DNA of 64,000 bases from NCBI RefSeq assembly GCF_018350175.1, contig NC_058369.1, forward strand, positions 16,184,001 to 16,248,000, read 5' to 3'. This DNA comes from Felis catus (lineage: Eukaryota). The position numbers and the translations under genes are program-made. The notes below the pieces were generated by a model. That model worked only from the letters and a program-made list of their open reading frames with translations. It did not search any database and was not told the origin of the DNA. Shown here one piece after another: positions 11,070-23,999 of this stretch. The first letter of the stretch is position 1; each line of letters begins with the position of its first letter.

Positions 11070-11243
11070 TTTTTTGTTTGTTTGCTTGCTTGCTTGCTTT
11101 GAGAGACAGAGAGTGTAAGTCGGGGAGGGGCAGAGACAGAATGGGACAGAGGATCCAAAGCAGGCTCTGGTCTCAAACTCAGAAACCGTGAGATCATGAC
11201 CTGAGCCGGGGTCAGACGCTTAAGGGACTGAGCCACCCAGGTG
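11070..11243 (-). mobile_element. Can-SINE (internally deleted)
   Basis: Reverse-complement SINE body. Confidence 0.8.
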
Positions 11244-12811
11244 TTGCTTTTTTTTTTTTTTTTTTTAAGGCGTCGCTTAAAAAAATTTCCAAAACTAACA
11301 GAATCCTTTGGCTCTACGTTGTTGTCTGCACCCGCACTGGAAGAGTATTCAGCTGTACCGATTTTGTAAACTGGACACATGATTCCTTTGATTTAAAAAA
11401 AAAAACAAAAAAAGCATGAAAGAACACTAACCCTGTTTATTAAAGAAGCCAACAGGAGAGAAAGGGAAGGCTCTGGGGAGGGCAATGCTAGAGCCAAGGA
11501 CCCTGCAGAACAGTTCAAGGACAAGACTAGGCATGGCCACCAACTCTTTGCTAAGGAAAGGGCCACGGGCAGGGCCAAGGGCAGCCCTGATGAGCATCCA
11601 AGACCAGGTGGAGGAAGGAGAAACCCTGAGAAGACTGCAAGGTGGAGGAAGCTTCCAGAAGGGTGCCAGCCATACTAAGTGTGACAGAGAAGTCAGGAGG
11701 GAACGGATTTGAACCCCGATTTAATCAGGAGAGGCAGCCCGTGGTGCACAACAGGAAAGCATCCCAGACCCCCCCCCCCCCCCCCGCCCCTGCCCCCGGC
11801 CATCCCAGGACTGACAGCCTCATGGGCTGGCCAAGGAGCCCAGCAAGAATAAATTCTACATTCTAAAAGCTGGCATGGATTTTGATAAGCTTTCAGAAAT
11901 GGTCATGAACTTTAAAAATGTAATGCCACCGCCCCCATTCCACCCCGTTCTCTCCCCTTCCCAGCAGAGGGGCTGGCCCTGTGTAATCCCAGCATCTTGC
12001 CTCTGGGAGGTGAGACACGATCTGGAGCTCCCCAACCCCCTCCCAATTTTCCTCTCTCTCCCACCCCCACCCCCACCCCCACAGGACCGACCACATATGA
12101 GCTGAACCCCTGCCACGACAGGCCTCTCAGACATTCCAGAACACTCCATCACGCTGATTTGTTTTCACATCTACTGCCCACCCCCCCACTGGTCCCTGAG
12201 CACCCTCAGCACCTGTGTGCCAACCGCTGGGGAACTAGAGCTGCTGCGGACCGAGTAAGGAAGGACAGAGAAGAAAAGGGAGGGACGGAGGGAGGAAAAG
12301 AAGAGGGAACGGAAGGCAGGCAGGGAGGCCTTCCTCTTTCTCTTCTTTCTCATTAGCAGGTATTCTGTATAAGACCATTAGCACCTGACACCACCTCCTC
12401 CATCCCGCCATGGAGGGAAGATGATAAGAAGGGAAGACCAAGGCAGAGTGCCATTTGGCCAAGGGCGTCCTCAGCATGGCCTGGCACTTCTTCCAGCTCC
12501 GGTCGCCTCCCGGAGTCTCTGAGCTTCCTAGCAGACTTGGCCAGCTTCATCCGCCAGGTCAACTCCCATCTGAAAAAAGAAAAAACTACATGGAGAAGTG
12601 GACACAGAAGAGGGAGCTCACATTCTTCTCTTAAGTGATACAGCACCTCTAAGCGATGCGGTTTTTCTTCCGCTGAGCGCATGATGTAAATGAACTGTGC
12701 ACGGATCGCCCTCTGCTCCACACAGGAACCCTCTCCATAGCGGAGATCAACACTAGCAATTGAAAGTGAGAAATTACCTAATCCCAACATTCAGGTTTCT
12801 TGTTTAATTGG

Positions 12812-12892
12812 AGAGAAAGAAAGAAAGAAAGAAAGAAAGAAAAGAAGGAAAGGAAGAAAGAAAGAAAGAAAGAAAGAAAAGAAGGAAAGGAA

Positions 12893-12923
<31 letters not shown>

Positions 12924-13164
12924 GAGAAAGAAGGAAGAAAGAAAAGAAAGAAAGAAAATAAAGAAGGAAAGAAAGAAAGAAAGAAACAAAGAAAAAAGAA
13001 AGAAAGAAAGAAAAGAAAGAAAGGAAAGAAAGAAAGAAAGAAAGAAAGAAAAGAAAGAAGGAAAGAAAAGAAAGAAAGAAACAAACAAAGAAAAAAGAAA
13101 GAAAAAAAGAAAGAAAGAAGAGAAAGAAGGAAGAAAGAAAAGAAAGAAAGAAAATAAAGAAGGA

Positions 13165-13196
<32 letters not shown>

Positions 13197-13199
13197 AAC

Positions 13200-13234
<35 letters not shown>

Positions 13235-13676
13235 AAAGAAAGAAGGAAAGAAAAGAAAGAAGGAAGGAAAGAAAAAGAAAGAAAGAAAGAAAGAAAGAAA
13301 GAAGAGAAAGAAAGGAAAGAAAGAAAGAAAGAAAGAAGAGAAAGAAAAGAAAGAAGGAAAGAAAAGAAAGAAAGAAACAAACAAAGAAAAAAGAAAGAAA
13401 GAAAGAAACAAAGAAGAGAAAGAAGGAAAGAAAGAAAGAAAAGAAAGAAGGAAAGAAAGAAAGAAAGAAACAAACAAAGAAAAAAGAAAGAAAGAAAGAA
13501 AGAAAGAAGAGAAAGAAGGAAGAAAGAAAAGAAAGAAGGAAAGAAAGAAAGAAACAAACAAACAAAGAAAAAAGAAAGAAAGAAAGAAAGAAAAAAAGAA
13601 AAGAAAGAAAAGGAAGGAAGGAAAAGAAAGAAAGAAGAAAAAAAGGAGGGAGGAAGGAAGGAAGGGAGGGAGAAAA
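12812..13676. repeat. Compound (GAAA)n/(GGAA)n polypurine array, ~865 bp
   Basis: Almost pure A/G on + with rare AAAC and AAAT interruptions. Confidence 0.98.
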
Positions 13677-14656
13677 GGACTACAAACTAGATAAATCAGC
13701 ATGTAATCAATGTCAATCAGAAAATTTGACAATCATTAATACGGGACTTTTACCTTCAAAAAAGTCAAACTGACTTTTCGGATTTACCGTCCAGCCCGTC
13801 AAAATAAAACTGGTGCCATGAAAAGAAAACCCAAACCTCATTTGGTTTTGTGAAACGCAAGACTGGCTTCTCCCGAGTACTTGGAGGTGTTTGGGTAAAA
13901 GGTATTTCCCTCTCTGAACGGGGCCCAGGGACCACAAGTTGTACAGAGACATCCACCCCACAGGACACAAGATGGCCTCAGTTAGGTCCCTTCTACAAGA
14001 CCCTTCCCTTCTCTCCCCACTCAAAGTTGCTGACAGTGAACGCCACCTAGCCCATCTCAGTCTGCCCAGGTGCAGTCTCCCCAAGGGCTTCGATCGCCCA
14101 AAGTCTAGGACATCTCCCTCTCTGGGCGGGGGAAGGAGGAGGGAGGTCCACAAAGCGGAATAATGACCAATAGATCTGCAACTCCGTGAGCTCCTAAAAG
14201 CCCCATCGGGAAGCATCCCATAGATGAGAAGAGCAGCTCTGCTGTGCCCTCCTCCTTCCTGCCTGACCCCTGCCCTTCCCTCCAGCCCAGGAAATGCGGG
14301 GAAGCTCATCCTCTTCTGGGCCAAAATCGCCCTGAGCAGCTCTTGGGAGCTAGTTCTGAATCGAGATGTGCGTTACATGGCCTCTTAGGAGGGGAACTAC
14401 AGCTGCCTCGTGTGCCCTCTGCAGAGCCCAGAACCACACCTACTGGGCAGATTTGGACCTGATTTGACCCTCCTCCCACCGATGGCCTTGTTCCCGGTTG
14501 CCAGCCTCCTTCCTAGAAACTGCCTGGTGGGTGGAGTTGATCGATGTGCTTTGAAATGGATGTGGCTCTTCCCCTGGCTTCTGCCCCTCACTGGGGCGGG
14601 TACTCTCACCGGGAAGTGAGTTGTCCTAACCACCCACTTAGAAATGGCCCAAAGTA

Positions 14657-14861
14657 GGGGCGCCTGGGTGGCTCAGTCGGTTAAGCGTCCGACTTCGGCT
14701 CAGGTCGTGATCTCGCAGTTTGTGAGTTCGGGCCCCGCATCGGGGCTCCGTGCTGACGGCTCGGAGCCTGCAGCCTGCTTCAGATTCTGTGTCTCCCTCT
14801 CTCTCTTGTACTCCTCTGCTTGTACTCTCTCTCTCTGAAAAATAAATAAACATTAAAAAAA
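14657..14861 (+). mobile_element. Can-SINE
   Basis: Head and tail present; gaaatggcc(c/a)aaa TSD-like flanks. Confidence 0.9.
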
Positions 14862-15550
14862 GAAGAAGAGGAAATGGCCAAAAGAAGTCTCAGAACCGTA
14901 AACAGGTGAATATATACAGACATGCACACACTTACATGCACTCATTCGTAAGTGCCCCCGGAAGCCATGCACCAGCTCAGGCAATTTTTTACGGAAGGGG
15001 AAGGAGCGAGCCCTCTCCTGGCCCTCGGGGAGAGAACCCTCCTTGTTGGGTTGGGCCTCTGCTGGGAGAAGGAGTAGAAAGAAAGAAGGGTCTTTAAAGA
15101 GACAGAGGGGAGCAGGGAACCGCAGACACACCTCCAGCTGCCAAGAGCTGGCCCGCCCGACGTTGGTCCTTTGCCCAGCGCAGTGGGTTTGGACTCTGCC
15201 GGCCTAAAAACAATCTCAGCCCCACCCAGTTCTAGCAAGCCTCCGAATGGCCTGCGCTCCCGGCCCGAAGGCGGAATGAGGGCGTGAGCGAGCTGTTCGG
15301 TGCGGTCTCCCAGCCGTGCGGGTATAGAAGTGATGCCCAGTAACCGTTTTGAACGGGAGTCCAGGGAAGGTCCCAGTAATCCCAGCCTCTTCCCCATAAG
15401 CCTCTTCCAACCACTTTCCCACAGCCTTTCTCCTACGTCTGGGCTAAACACTGCCCCCCCCCCCCCCCCGCCCACCCCAGGCAAATCACCAGGCGGCATT
15501 GAACCCGTGCCCTGGTTCCAAAGCAATGGCTTTAGAAAATAGGCAGATAT

Positions 15551-15760
15551 GGAGAACCTGGGTGGCTCAGTCGGTTAAGCGCCTGACTGCAGCTCAGGTC
15601 ATGATCTCAGGGTTCACGAGTTCGAGCCCCACGTCAGGCTCTGGGCTGACAGCTCAGAACCTGGAGCCCGCTACGGATTCTGAGTCCCCCTCTCTCTGAC
15701 GTTCCCCTACTCCTGCTCTGTCTCCCTCTCTCTCGAGAATAAACAAACATTAAAAAAAAT
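15551..15760 (+). mobile_element. Can-SINE
   Basis: SINE body and A tail. Confidence 0.88.
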
Positions 15761-15946
15761 AATAATAACGAATTTTTTTTAATTATAAAAGCAGGCCCTC
15801 TTAGAAGTTTGTGGTGAGAACGTAAGATCCTGAGCCAGGACAAGCAGGCAGGACCTGCCCTTGATTTAAGTGGCTACGCTTTGATCTTGTCCCATTGAAA
15901 GAATTGCACATGTGCATAAGGATGTGCATAGAAGGTGACATAATAC

Positions 15947-16171
15947 GGGGTGCCTGGGTGGCTTAGTTGGTTAAGTGTCCGACTTCAGCCAGGTCACGAT
16001 CTCGCGGTCCGTGAGTTCGAGCCCCGCGTCAGGCTCTGGGCTGATGGCTCGGAGCCTGGAGCCTGTTTCCGATTCTGTGTCTCCCTCTCTCTCTGCCCCT
16101 CCCCCGTTCATGCTCTGTCTCTCTCTGTCTCAAAAATAAATAAACGTTAAAAAAAAATTTTTTTTAAAAAA
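15947..16171 (+). mobile_element. Young Can-SINE (CAGCCAGGTCACG subtype)
   Basis: TSD agaaggtgacataat at 15930-15944 and 16172-16186. Confidence 0.93.
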
Positions 16172-17644
16172 AGAAGGTGACATAATTCTTAAGAGCAAAA
16201 TTCTGGACACAGTCCAAATGCTGATAAGTCAGGGAACGATTACACAAAGTAGAGTATATGCATAATGTGCTTGCCGTGCACCTGTTATGAGGAGAGCATC
16301 GGTCTGTACACACAGACACGGAACTTGAAGCTGAAGCGTGCACGTGTCACATTTCATTCGTATCTAAAAAACCACGTGTCTTATGCCTACATTTATTTGT
16401 ACTTATGTCTAGAATGGTCACAAGGATACACACCAGGGGTTTTGTCGGATCCCCTTGGGAAGGGTCATTCCCTACCCACATGCAGCATAAAGGTCAAGAG
16501 CTTGGCCTTTAGAGCCCCGATGCCCACCGTGTGGCCTAGGGCAAATCGCTTACCCTCTTTGTGTGCCTGAGAGCTGACGTGAGGCCTGATAGAGAGCAAG
16601 AACAGTACTTGGCCTAGAAAGCACGCTCTGCAGGTATCATTGTCTACTGGGCCCTTTGCAGCTTTAAGGAAGCTATGGCCTCTATTCGGAAAGAAGTGAA
16701 TGTAGGAATGTCCACACCAGGGCTTTCCAGACCCCATGAAGCCTGTTCTTAACCCAAGGTTAAGGACACTGAAACCACCGTGTATTCAAGCTGGAGATGA
16801 CCTTGAAAGCCCCCCATTTCGCCAGAGAACGAAAGGAGTTTCCAAGGCAGTGAGACCAGCCAGACCTTAACTCTGGACTCTCCCACCTGCCAGGTCCTCA
16901 CCCCCAGACGCCCCCAGCACAGACGTGGATCATCAGGAGAGGGTCAGGCCCCGGGTTGCACCGCCAGTAGGCTACTGGCCCGGGGAGGAGCTTCGAGAAC
17001 ACAGGGTCCTGCCCAAACAGCGGTGGCCCTTCAGTCCTACCGCTGGCATCCCCTGCTGCTCATGTCACCCATAGAACGACAGCTGTCCTCCAGACACAGG
17101 GCGTCAGGGCCCCGTGTCCTGCAGCCGTGTTCTCACTCGCTCACCTGCGTTCCCGGAGGAGGAGTGGGAAGGAGTCCCCTCACGCTGTCACTTCAGCCCA
17201 AACCCTCTTCCACGAGGCCAGCCTTGGGACTGGCCAGAGAGCCGTTTGCTCTGTGGCCCCCGCTGCCCTTCCCGGGCTGTATCCTTGAAACAGTGAGGAC
17301 GTGCTTGGCCAGGCGTGACTGGGCTCAGCAGCCTCATTCTTAGCATCTGTAAAGACCCCAGAAAGTCCTTGCTCAAAATAATCTTCCCCCTGGCGCTGCT
17401 GGAGAATCTTCTCTGTTCTCACTTGTCTTCAGAGAATGCCCGGGAAGGCTGGTGAGAATGTGAGGGTAATCCAGGGAAGCTTGCTCTCTGGCACCGTCCC
17501 CGTCAAGCAGGAACAGCTTATCCGAAGGTAATGGGACACAGATCACATTCATAAGGAGTGGGAAAGGTCAGGCCAGAGAGTCACAAGCCCAGGCCCGGAC
17601 AATTTCGCAACTCTTTTATCTTTTGCAAAGCATGGTCTTATATC

Positions 17645-17812
17645 GTTTTAAGTTTATCTAGAAAGAGGGTGGGGGAGGGAGAGAGAGACTCCTAAGCAGG
17701 CTCTGCACAGTGCAGAGGCCCATGCTGGGCTCGAACCCACGAACCGTGAGATCATGACCTGAGCTTAAATCGAGAGTTGGACGCTTAACTGACTGAGCCA
17801 CCCAGACGCCCC
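17645..17812 (-). mobile_element. Can-SINE
   Basis: Reverse-complement SINE. Confidence 0.85.
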
Positions 17813-18580
17813 AGCAAAGCACGATTTTAAATGAAGTCCTTGAAGATAAACCCCTAGGGGGACAGACTTCAAATTCCCTACAGAGGAGTGCATCACAAAG
17901 TGGTCCAGCACGCCTGGCCACACGAAGGCCCTCGGAGGGAGGCTTCTGTCAGTTTACAGAGGACATCCCTCAGAGAAGTCTCAATTCCTGGCTCCGGGTC
18001 GATGGCACGTGCGGTGGGCAGGGGTCCTGGCAACCAGAGGCTGTGGGCCAACACCTCTGTCTGTCACGTGCTGTCCTGCCTCCGCCCAGGCTGTGCTGAC
18101 CTCAGGGACCTGCCCATCCACACACCTACCTCCTCCTTCACTCCTCAGGGACTTCCCATGCTTGCCTTGTGTCTCTTATCATTTTGATTGTGCTTCTTAT
18201 CACCTTCCCTTGGTAACTCACTGAAGTAGACAATGGAGTTGAAAGCGCTTTGTAAACTAAAAAGGGTCCCACAAAGTCAGAATTAACTGTTTAGCTTTGT
18301 AGGGTCACAGTCGGGACTCAGACTCGTGACACCTCCATCAGCTCAAGAGGAGCCTGGAAGTAAGGGGTCAGGAGACAGAACTGTTGAGAGAAGATGGAGG
18401 AGACGAAGGGTACTCCACGGCTTCCCATGTCACCACCATGGGTCCCGGTGAGGGGACAGAGAGAGCAGAGCAGGGGATGATACAGCCCTGTGTATACTCT
18501 TCACACAGCTTCCAGACTTCCCTAGTTCAGCCGGGCCATGCAGAGACCTCTTTGCTTATGGTGACTAAGTTTTGCAAATG

Positions 18581-18822
18581 GAAGGAAGGAAGGAAGAAGA
18601 GGGGGGGAGAGAGAGAAGGAAGGAAGGAGGAAGGAAGGGAAGAAAGAAGGAAGAAAGGAAGGAAGGAAGGAAGGAAGGAAGGAAGGAAGGAAGGAAGGAG
18701 GAAGGAAGGAGGAAGGAAGAAGGAAGGAAGGAAGGAGGAAGGAAGAAGGAAGGAAGGAAGGAAGGAAGGAAGGAAGGAGGAAAGAAGGAAGGAGGAAAGA
18801 AGGAAGGAAGGGAGGAAGGAAA
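18581..18822. repeat. (GGAA)n-rich polypurine microsatellite
   Basis: Directly visible. Confidence 0.97.
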
Positions 18823-19204
18823 GTCTTTAAGTAGCAGCATCCTTTAGGGGTAACAGGTTGGAATATTTGCCGTCAGGCCTGTCTTCAAACTATCACATGG
18901 GAAGGTCATCATACCTCTGTTGTGCACTTTTTAGTCATCTCTGCTTGGTGGTGTGGTCTTTGGGCTATACGCTCATGAGGGTTTCTTGGTTTCCTGTTCA
19001 GTCCTTGGCCACGTCATAACTGAGATAAAGCACTTTTCTGCGTTGCACAGCTAATGCGGTTGAGCTGTAAGAATCATATGGAATAAACTGGCCTCCAGAA
19101 CCCACAGTCTTAGATGCCAAGCCCTCACTTTCTATTGATCAAGCCCCAAGAGCACCATGCTATTTGGTCATTTACTTGGTCATCTGTTTTTTGTTTTGTT
19201 TTGT

Positions 19205-19414
19205 TTTCCTTTTTAACACTTATTTATTTTTGAGAGACAGAGACAGAGCATGAGCAGGGGAGGGACAGAGAGAGAGGGAGACACAGAATTCGAAGCAGGC
19301 CCCAGGCTCTAAGTTGTCAGCACAGAGCTCGTCGTGGGGCTCGAACCCAAGAACCGTGAGATCATGACCTGAGCCAAAGTCGGACACCTAACCGACTGAG
19401 CCACCCAGGCGCCC
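19205..19414 (-). mobile_element. Can-SINE
   Basis: TSD tggtcatctgtttttt on both sides. Confidence 0.92.
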
Positions 19415-20049
19415 TGGTCATCTGTTTTTTAACTGACCACATTGGCCGTATGTATTTTGTATTTAAGTATCAAAGGTTTACCTTTGAATCCCCTATCTCC
19501 TCCCTGTTAAAATGATAACCAGGCATGTTGACATGTCTTGGTCCCATGTGGCTCGAATTACACAACGTTAATCAAGTTTTATGTGGATACCTACAATTTA
19601 TATCTTATGTGCCCATTATATGGGCCAATCTCAAGCAGATACAGACACACCAGCTTCAAGAGCGTTTGCCCTGCTCTGAGGTCAGAACGACCCAGGTTTG
19701 AGCGTCAGCGGTGGGACCGGGGCCTCACCACCCAGTCCCTTAGCCTTGTTTTTCATGCCTGTAAAACAGGATGGCAGCCGCGTGTGAGGCTGTCAGTGAA
19801 AGACCAGAACCGAAGGTAAAATGCTCCACAGTGTAGCATGCAGAAGTATCAGTTTCATGTTCCCCTTCCCCTCTAGCCAAAAATCAGGTTTCTCTGCCCA
19901 CATTGAAGCCTTCTCTCTTTTTACCAATTTGACACGCCTTCTGGCCACGAAGTGTTATCACACTTCTCATAAGTAATGTGCTATGTATAAAGTACTGGGA
20001 GCGAGCTCGTGGAGGGAAGGGGGCTCACTCTAGAGAGCCATGAAACAAA

Positions 20050-20741
20050 ACCAAATAGCAAGTGAGGCGTTTTACAAAAAAAAAAACAGGCCTATCGTCT
20101 TAAAAAACGTCAGTGTTGCAAAAGACCAAAACCAAAACCAAACAAACAAAAAAGTTGAGGAAATGTTCTAGATGAACCGAGATTCAAGAGACAAGACAAG
20201 TGAACGCAGCGTGTGCGATCGGAGACGAGATCCCATGGGGAGGAAATTGTTATAAATCGCATGGAAAAAAATTGAAAAACATTTGTATCTTAGATAATAA
20301 TCGTCAAATTTCCTAAATTTCGACCACTAGATGATGGTTACATAAGCGTCCTTATTCTTAGGGAAGACTCACCCAAATATGAAGTGTTCAGAAATAGAAG
20401 GGCGTTATGTTTGCAATGTCCTTTCTTTTTTTTTTTATTTGTTTTTCATGTGTATTTATTTGTGTGTGTGAGAGAGAGATACAGAGCACGAGTGGGGGAG
20501 GGATAGAGGGAGAGGGAGACAAAATCTGAAACAGCCTCCAGGCTCTGAGCTGTCAGCACAGAGCCCGACGCGGGGCTCGAACCCACAGGCCACGAGATCA
20601 TGACCTGAGCTGAAGTCAGATGCTTAACTGACTGAGCCATCCAGGTGCCCCTGTTTGCTGTGTACTTTCAAACAGTTCAGAAAGGAGATGATAATAAGTA
20701 GAGAGGTGATGATAGATAGGTGATAGACATGATAGGTAGAT

Positions 20742-20778
<37 letters not shown>

Positions 20779-21210
20779 CAGATGATACAGACAGAGATGT
20801 AGAAAATACTATAGCAAATGTGGTGAGATTAACATTTGGTTAATCTTGGAAGATTATGGGGAATCCTCTGTGCTGTTCTTACAATGTTTCTATTAAGCGT
20901 GAAATTATTTCAAAACAAAAAAAGTTTTAGAAAGAAAGTAAAACATAACAAGTGAAAAAGAAGATAGTGAGTAAAATACATGCCCGGGGAGGCAGGGGGG
21001 GAATATAAAATGGCACAGCCACTCTGGAAGACCATTTGGCTGTTTCCTGCCAACTTAAACTTAATATGACCCAGCAACCAAACTCTTAGGTGTTTGGGTG
21101 TTTAGCCCAGAGAAATGAAAGCTTCTGTTTGCACAAAAAAGCCTGGACACAGGTGCTCAGCGAAGCTTTATTTGTAATAGCCAAAAACTGGAAACAACCA
21201 AACATCCTTC
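20050..21210 (+). mobile_element. Old L1 (L1M-type) 3' fragments interrupted by a SINE (20430-20651, -) and a (GATA)n tract (~20700-20790)
   Basis: L1 3' motifs such as cacagccactctggaa and tttatttgtaatagccaaaaactggaaacaacc. Confidence 0.6.
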
Positions 21211-22253
21211 AGTAGGTAGTCAGCAGTCCGCTACCCGGGAGGCAGCCCCCACCCAACCACGCGAGCGCCCTGATCTCGGACTTCAGCCCCCTGAACTGTG
21301 AGACTTAAATTTCTGTTGCGTATAAGCACCAACCCCCCCCCCCCGCCAGCCCCCGTTCATGGTACTTTGTTTGAGCAGCCCCCAAGTGACTGGAGACAAG
21401 TACCCGAGCAAAACCAAGGTTTGGCCACAAGGAAGAAGTGGACAGGGGCTCTCGGGTCAGTAATCAACAGCTGTGCCGTGGTGGCAAGGAGGCCTCCTCT
21501 CACCATGCAAAGCACCTTCTCCTTCTCAACAGGCAAGCTAGCAGTTTGAGGACTGAGCCACAGTGCAAACCGCACACGGGTTCGGCCAGGGCGTCCGGTC
21601 TTTGACAATCACACTTGACATCTGCACGTTTGGGTCAGGACAGGCCAGGCTGTGATGCCACAACGAGGCAGTACCAAAAATCTCTGAAACAAGCAAGAAC
21701 AGCCGGTTAATCTCTTGTTCCAAAACCCCACCGCAGGTACAGGCAACTTTGCAGGGCCACCCAAGGTCAAACACAACATCCCTGGCTTATGCAAACTTCT
21801 GGCATCTCCCTCTCAGCCTGAGGCTTCAGGCTTCGCAGCCTGGGAGGAGCAAGCTTGGAGAATCTCAGCCCAGCCCGCAAGTGCTCTGGCCTGGAAGCGG
21901 CCAAGTGAGACCTCCTTGTCTGAGCCCTTGGGTCGTGCTGGCTCCGTGGCTCTGCCCAGCTGCAGGCAAGTCCAGAAAAGGGAGGGGAGCCAGAAATATC
22001 GGGTTCGTTCTGGAAAAGTCAACCACGTGTCCTGCCCAGGAAGCCACAAAGGGGCTCCATTCCAGCTGAATGCAGGTGGCAGAGAAGGAACAGGGAGCCA
22101 AGAGGCTGGCCCCTTCTTTCCTTGTAACCCTCACTTCCAGTAGGTTCCCTGTAAGTCAGTAGGAGCCCAGGGGGGGTGGGGGGCGGGGAGGGGACTAACT
22201 AATTAACCAGAACCATTTGAAATTAAGCCTCAAAGAAACAAATGCAAAACTTT

Positions 22254-22257
<4 letters not shown>

Positions 22258-22298
<41 letters not shown>
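22258..22298. repeat. (CA)n microsatellite
   Basis: About 20 CA units. Confidence 0.97.
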
Positions 22299-22300
<2 letters not shown>

Positions 22301-22944
22301 TAGATAGAAGCATGGTAAATTGGGAAAATAGTGGTGCCCTATTGTCTCCAGGCCCCTTTTATCTTGTGAGCCTTGTTAAATACAACTTCAAATGTTTCTT
22401 AGCCTATAATATGAATAATACCGGTATTAGAGCAGAAAGGACCTGGTCCTAAGTATCTCTTTCTCCCACATGACCATAAACCCTAAAACGTGAGAAAATA
22501 CGTCAGTGACAGGTCCAACTGAGTGACCTTGGCTCCAGACGAACACATGGCCAGAATCAGTGCCCCCCTCCCCGCCAAAGATAAGCTTCATCCTATCTCT
22601 GAAGTCTTCTTAAACTTCCCAGAGAAAGTCTGTATATGGCCTGGGTCCTAGGCACACCCTCATTCTAAATAAGATGCTGGGTTTCACTAGAATGAAGACT
22701 CTGATTGAATAGGAGGAGGTCTGTCCATTAAACAAATTACGAACGACAGAATGAAAATTTGGAAATTCAGAAGGCTGTCCATTCAAAATTCGGTTGGCTC
22801 AGGAAAATCACAAATGTCTGTCCTTCGACATAAACCAATTATGGATGCTTTGAAATTCCATGCTGGGGGAATGAATAGGTTTTCAGATTGTCGTGAGCCC
22901 GGGGATGGGGCACAACACTCAGACATTTAACTTAGTAAGTTTTT

Positions 22945-23175
22945 TCTTTTTTTTTTTTTTTAAATTTTTTCAACGTTTTTATTTATTTTTGGGACAGAGA
23001 GAGACAGAGCATGAACGGGGGAGGGGCAGAGAGAGAGGGAGACACAGAATCGGAAACAGGCTCCAGGCTCCGAGCCATCAGCCCAGAGCCTGACGCGGGG
23101 CTCGAACTCACGGACCGCGAGATCGTGACCTGGCTGAAGTCGGACGCTTAACCGACTGCGCCACCCAGGCGCCCC
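22945..23175 (-). mobile_element. Young Can-SINE
   Basis: TSD agtaagttttt on both sides. Confidence 0.93.
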
Positions 23176-23320
23176 AGTAAGTTTTTTCTTAAAGGACTTG
23201 TGAATGACTTCAATAAAGTTTGAGGAACCCCATGTAACCAGAAAAGCTTTGCCAGCACTCAGCAGTGGAAAAAAAAAAAATCCTTCAAGATAATCTTTCA
23301 CCTATGAAATATTCAGTTCC

Positions 23321-23955
23321 TGGGAATGCAAGCTGGTGCAGCCACTCTGGAAAACAGTATGGAGGTTCCTCAAAAAACTAAAAATAGAACTACCCTACAA
23401 CCCAGCAATTGCACTACTAGGCATTTATCCAAGGGATACAGGTGTGCTGTTTCCAAGGGACACACACCCCCCCATGTTTATAGCAGCACTATCAACAATA
23501 GCCAAAGTATGGAAAGAGCCCAAATGTCCATCGATGGATGAATGGATAAAGAAGATGTGGTATATATATACAATGGAGTATTACTCGGCAATCAAGAAGA
23601 ATGAAACCTTGCCATTTGCAACTACGTGGATGGAACTGGAGGGTATTATGCTGAGTGAAATTAGTCAGAGAAAGACAAAAATCATATGACTTCACTCATA
23701 GGAGGACTTTAAGAGTCAAAACAGATGAACATAAGGGAAGGGAAACAAAAATAATATAAAAACACAGAGGGAGACAAAACAGACGAGACTCATAAATATG
23801 GAGAACAAACTGAGGGTTATGGGAGGGGTTGTGGGAGGGGGGATGGGCTAAATGGGGAAGGGGCACTAAGGAATCTACTCCTGAAATCATTGTTGTACTA
23901 GATGCTAACTAATTTGGATGTAAATTTTAAAAAATAAAAAACAAAACAAGTTAAA
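23321..23955 (+). mobile_element. 5'-truncated young carnivore L1 (ORF2 C-terminus plus 3'UTR)
   Basis: [31 protein letters not shown]...; G-rich 3'UTR; A tail; perfect TSD aaatattcagttcc at 23307-23320 and 23956-23969. Confidence 0.95.
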
Positions 23956-23999
23956 AAATATTCAGTTCCACTGTGGATTTTTTTAAAGAGGAAAGGGGT

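Noticed and set aside
12778..13773. 250-320 aa Lys/Glu/Arg-rich and Phe/Leu/Ser-rich ORFs
   Set aside because: Translations of the GAAA array, which can hardly contain stops; the same applies to 18384-18847
15950..16150. Recurring ORFs such as PGWRSRLSVRLQPGHDLAVREFEP and GAWVAQSVKR
   Set aside because: SINE translations repeated throughout the window
23336..23689. 117-aa ORF as a host gene
   Set aside because: C-terminal fragment of L1 ORF2 in a 5'-truncated copy
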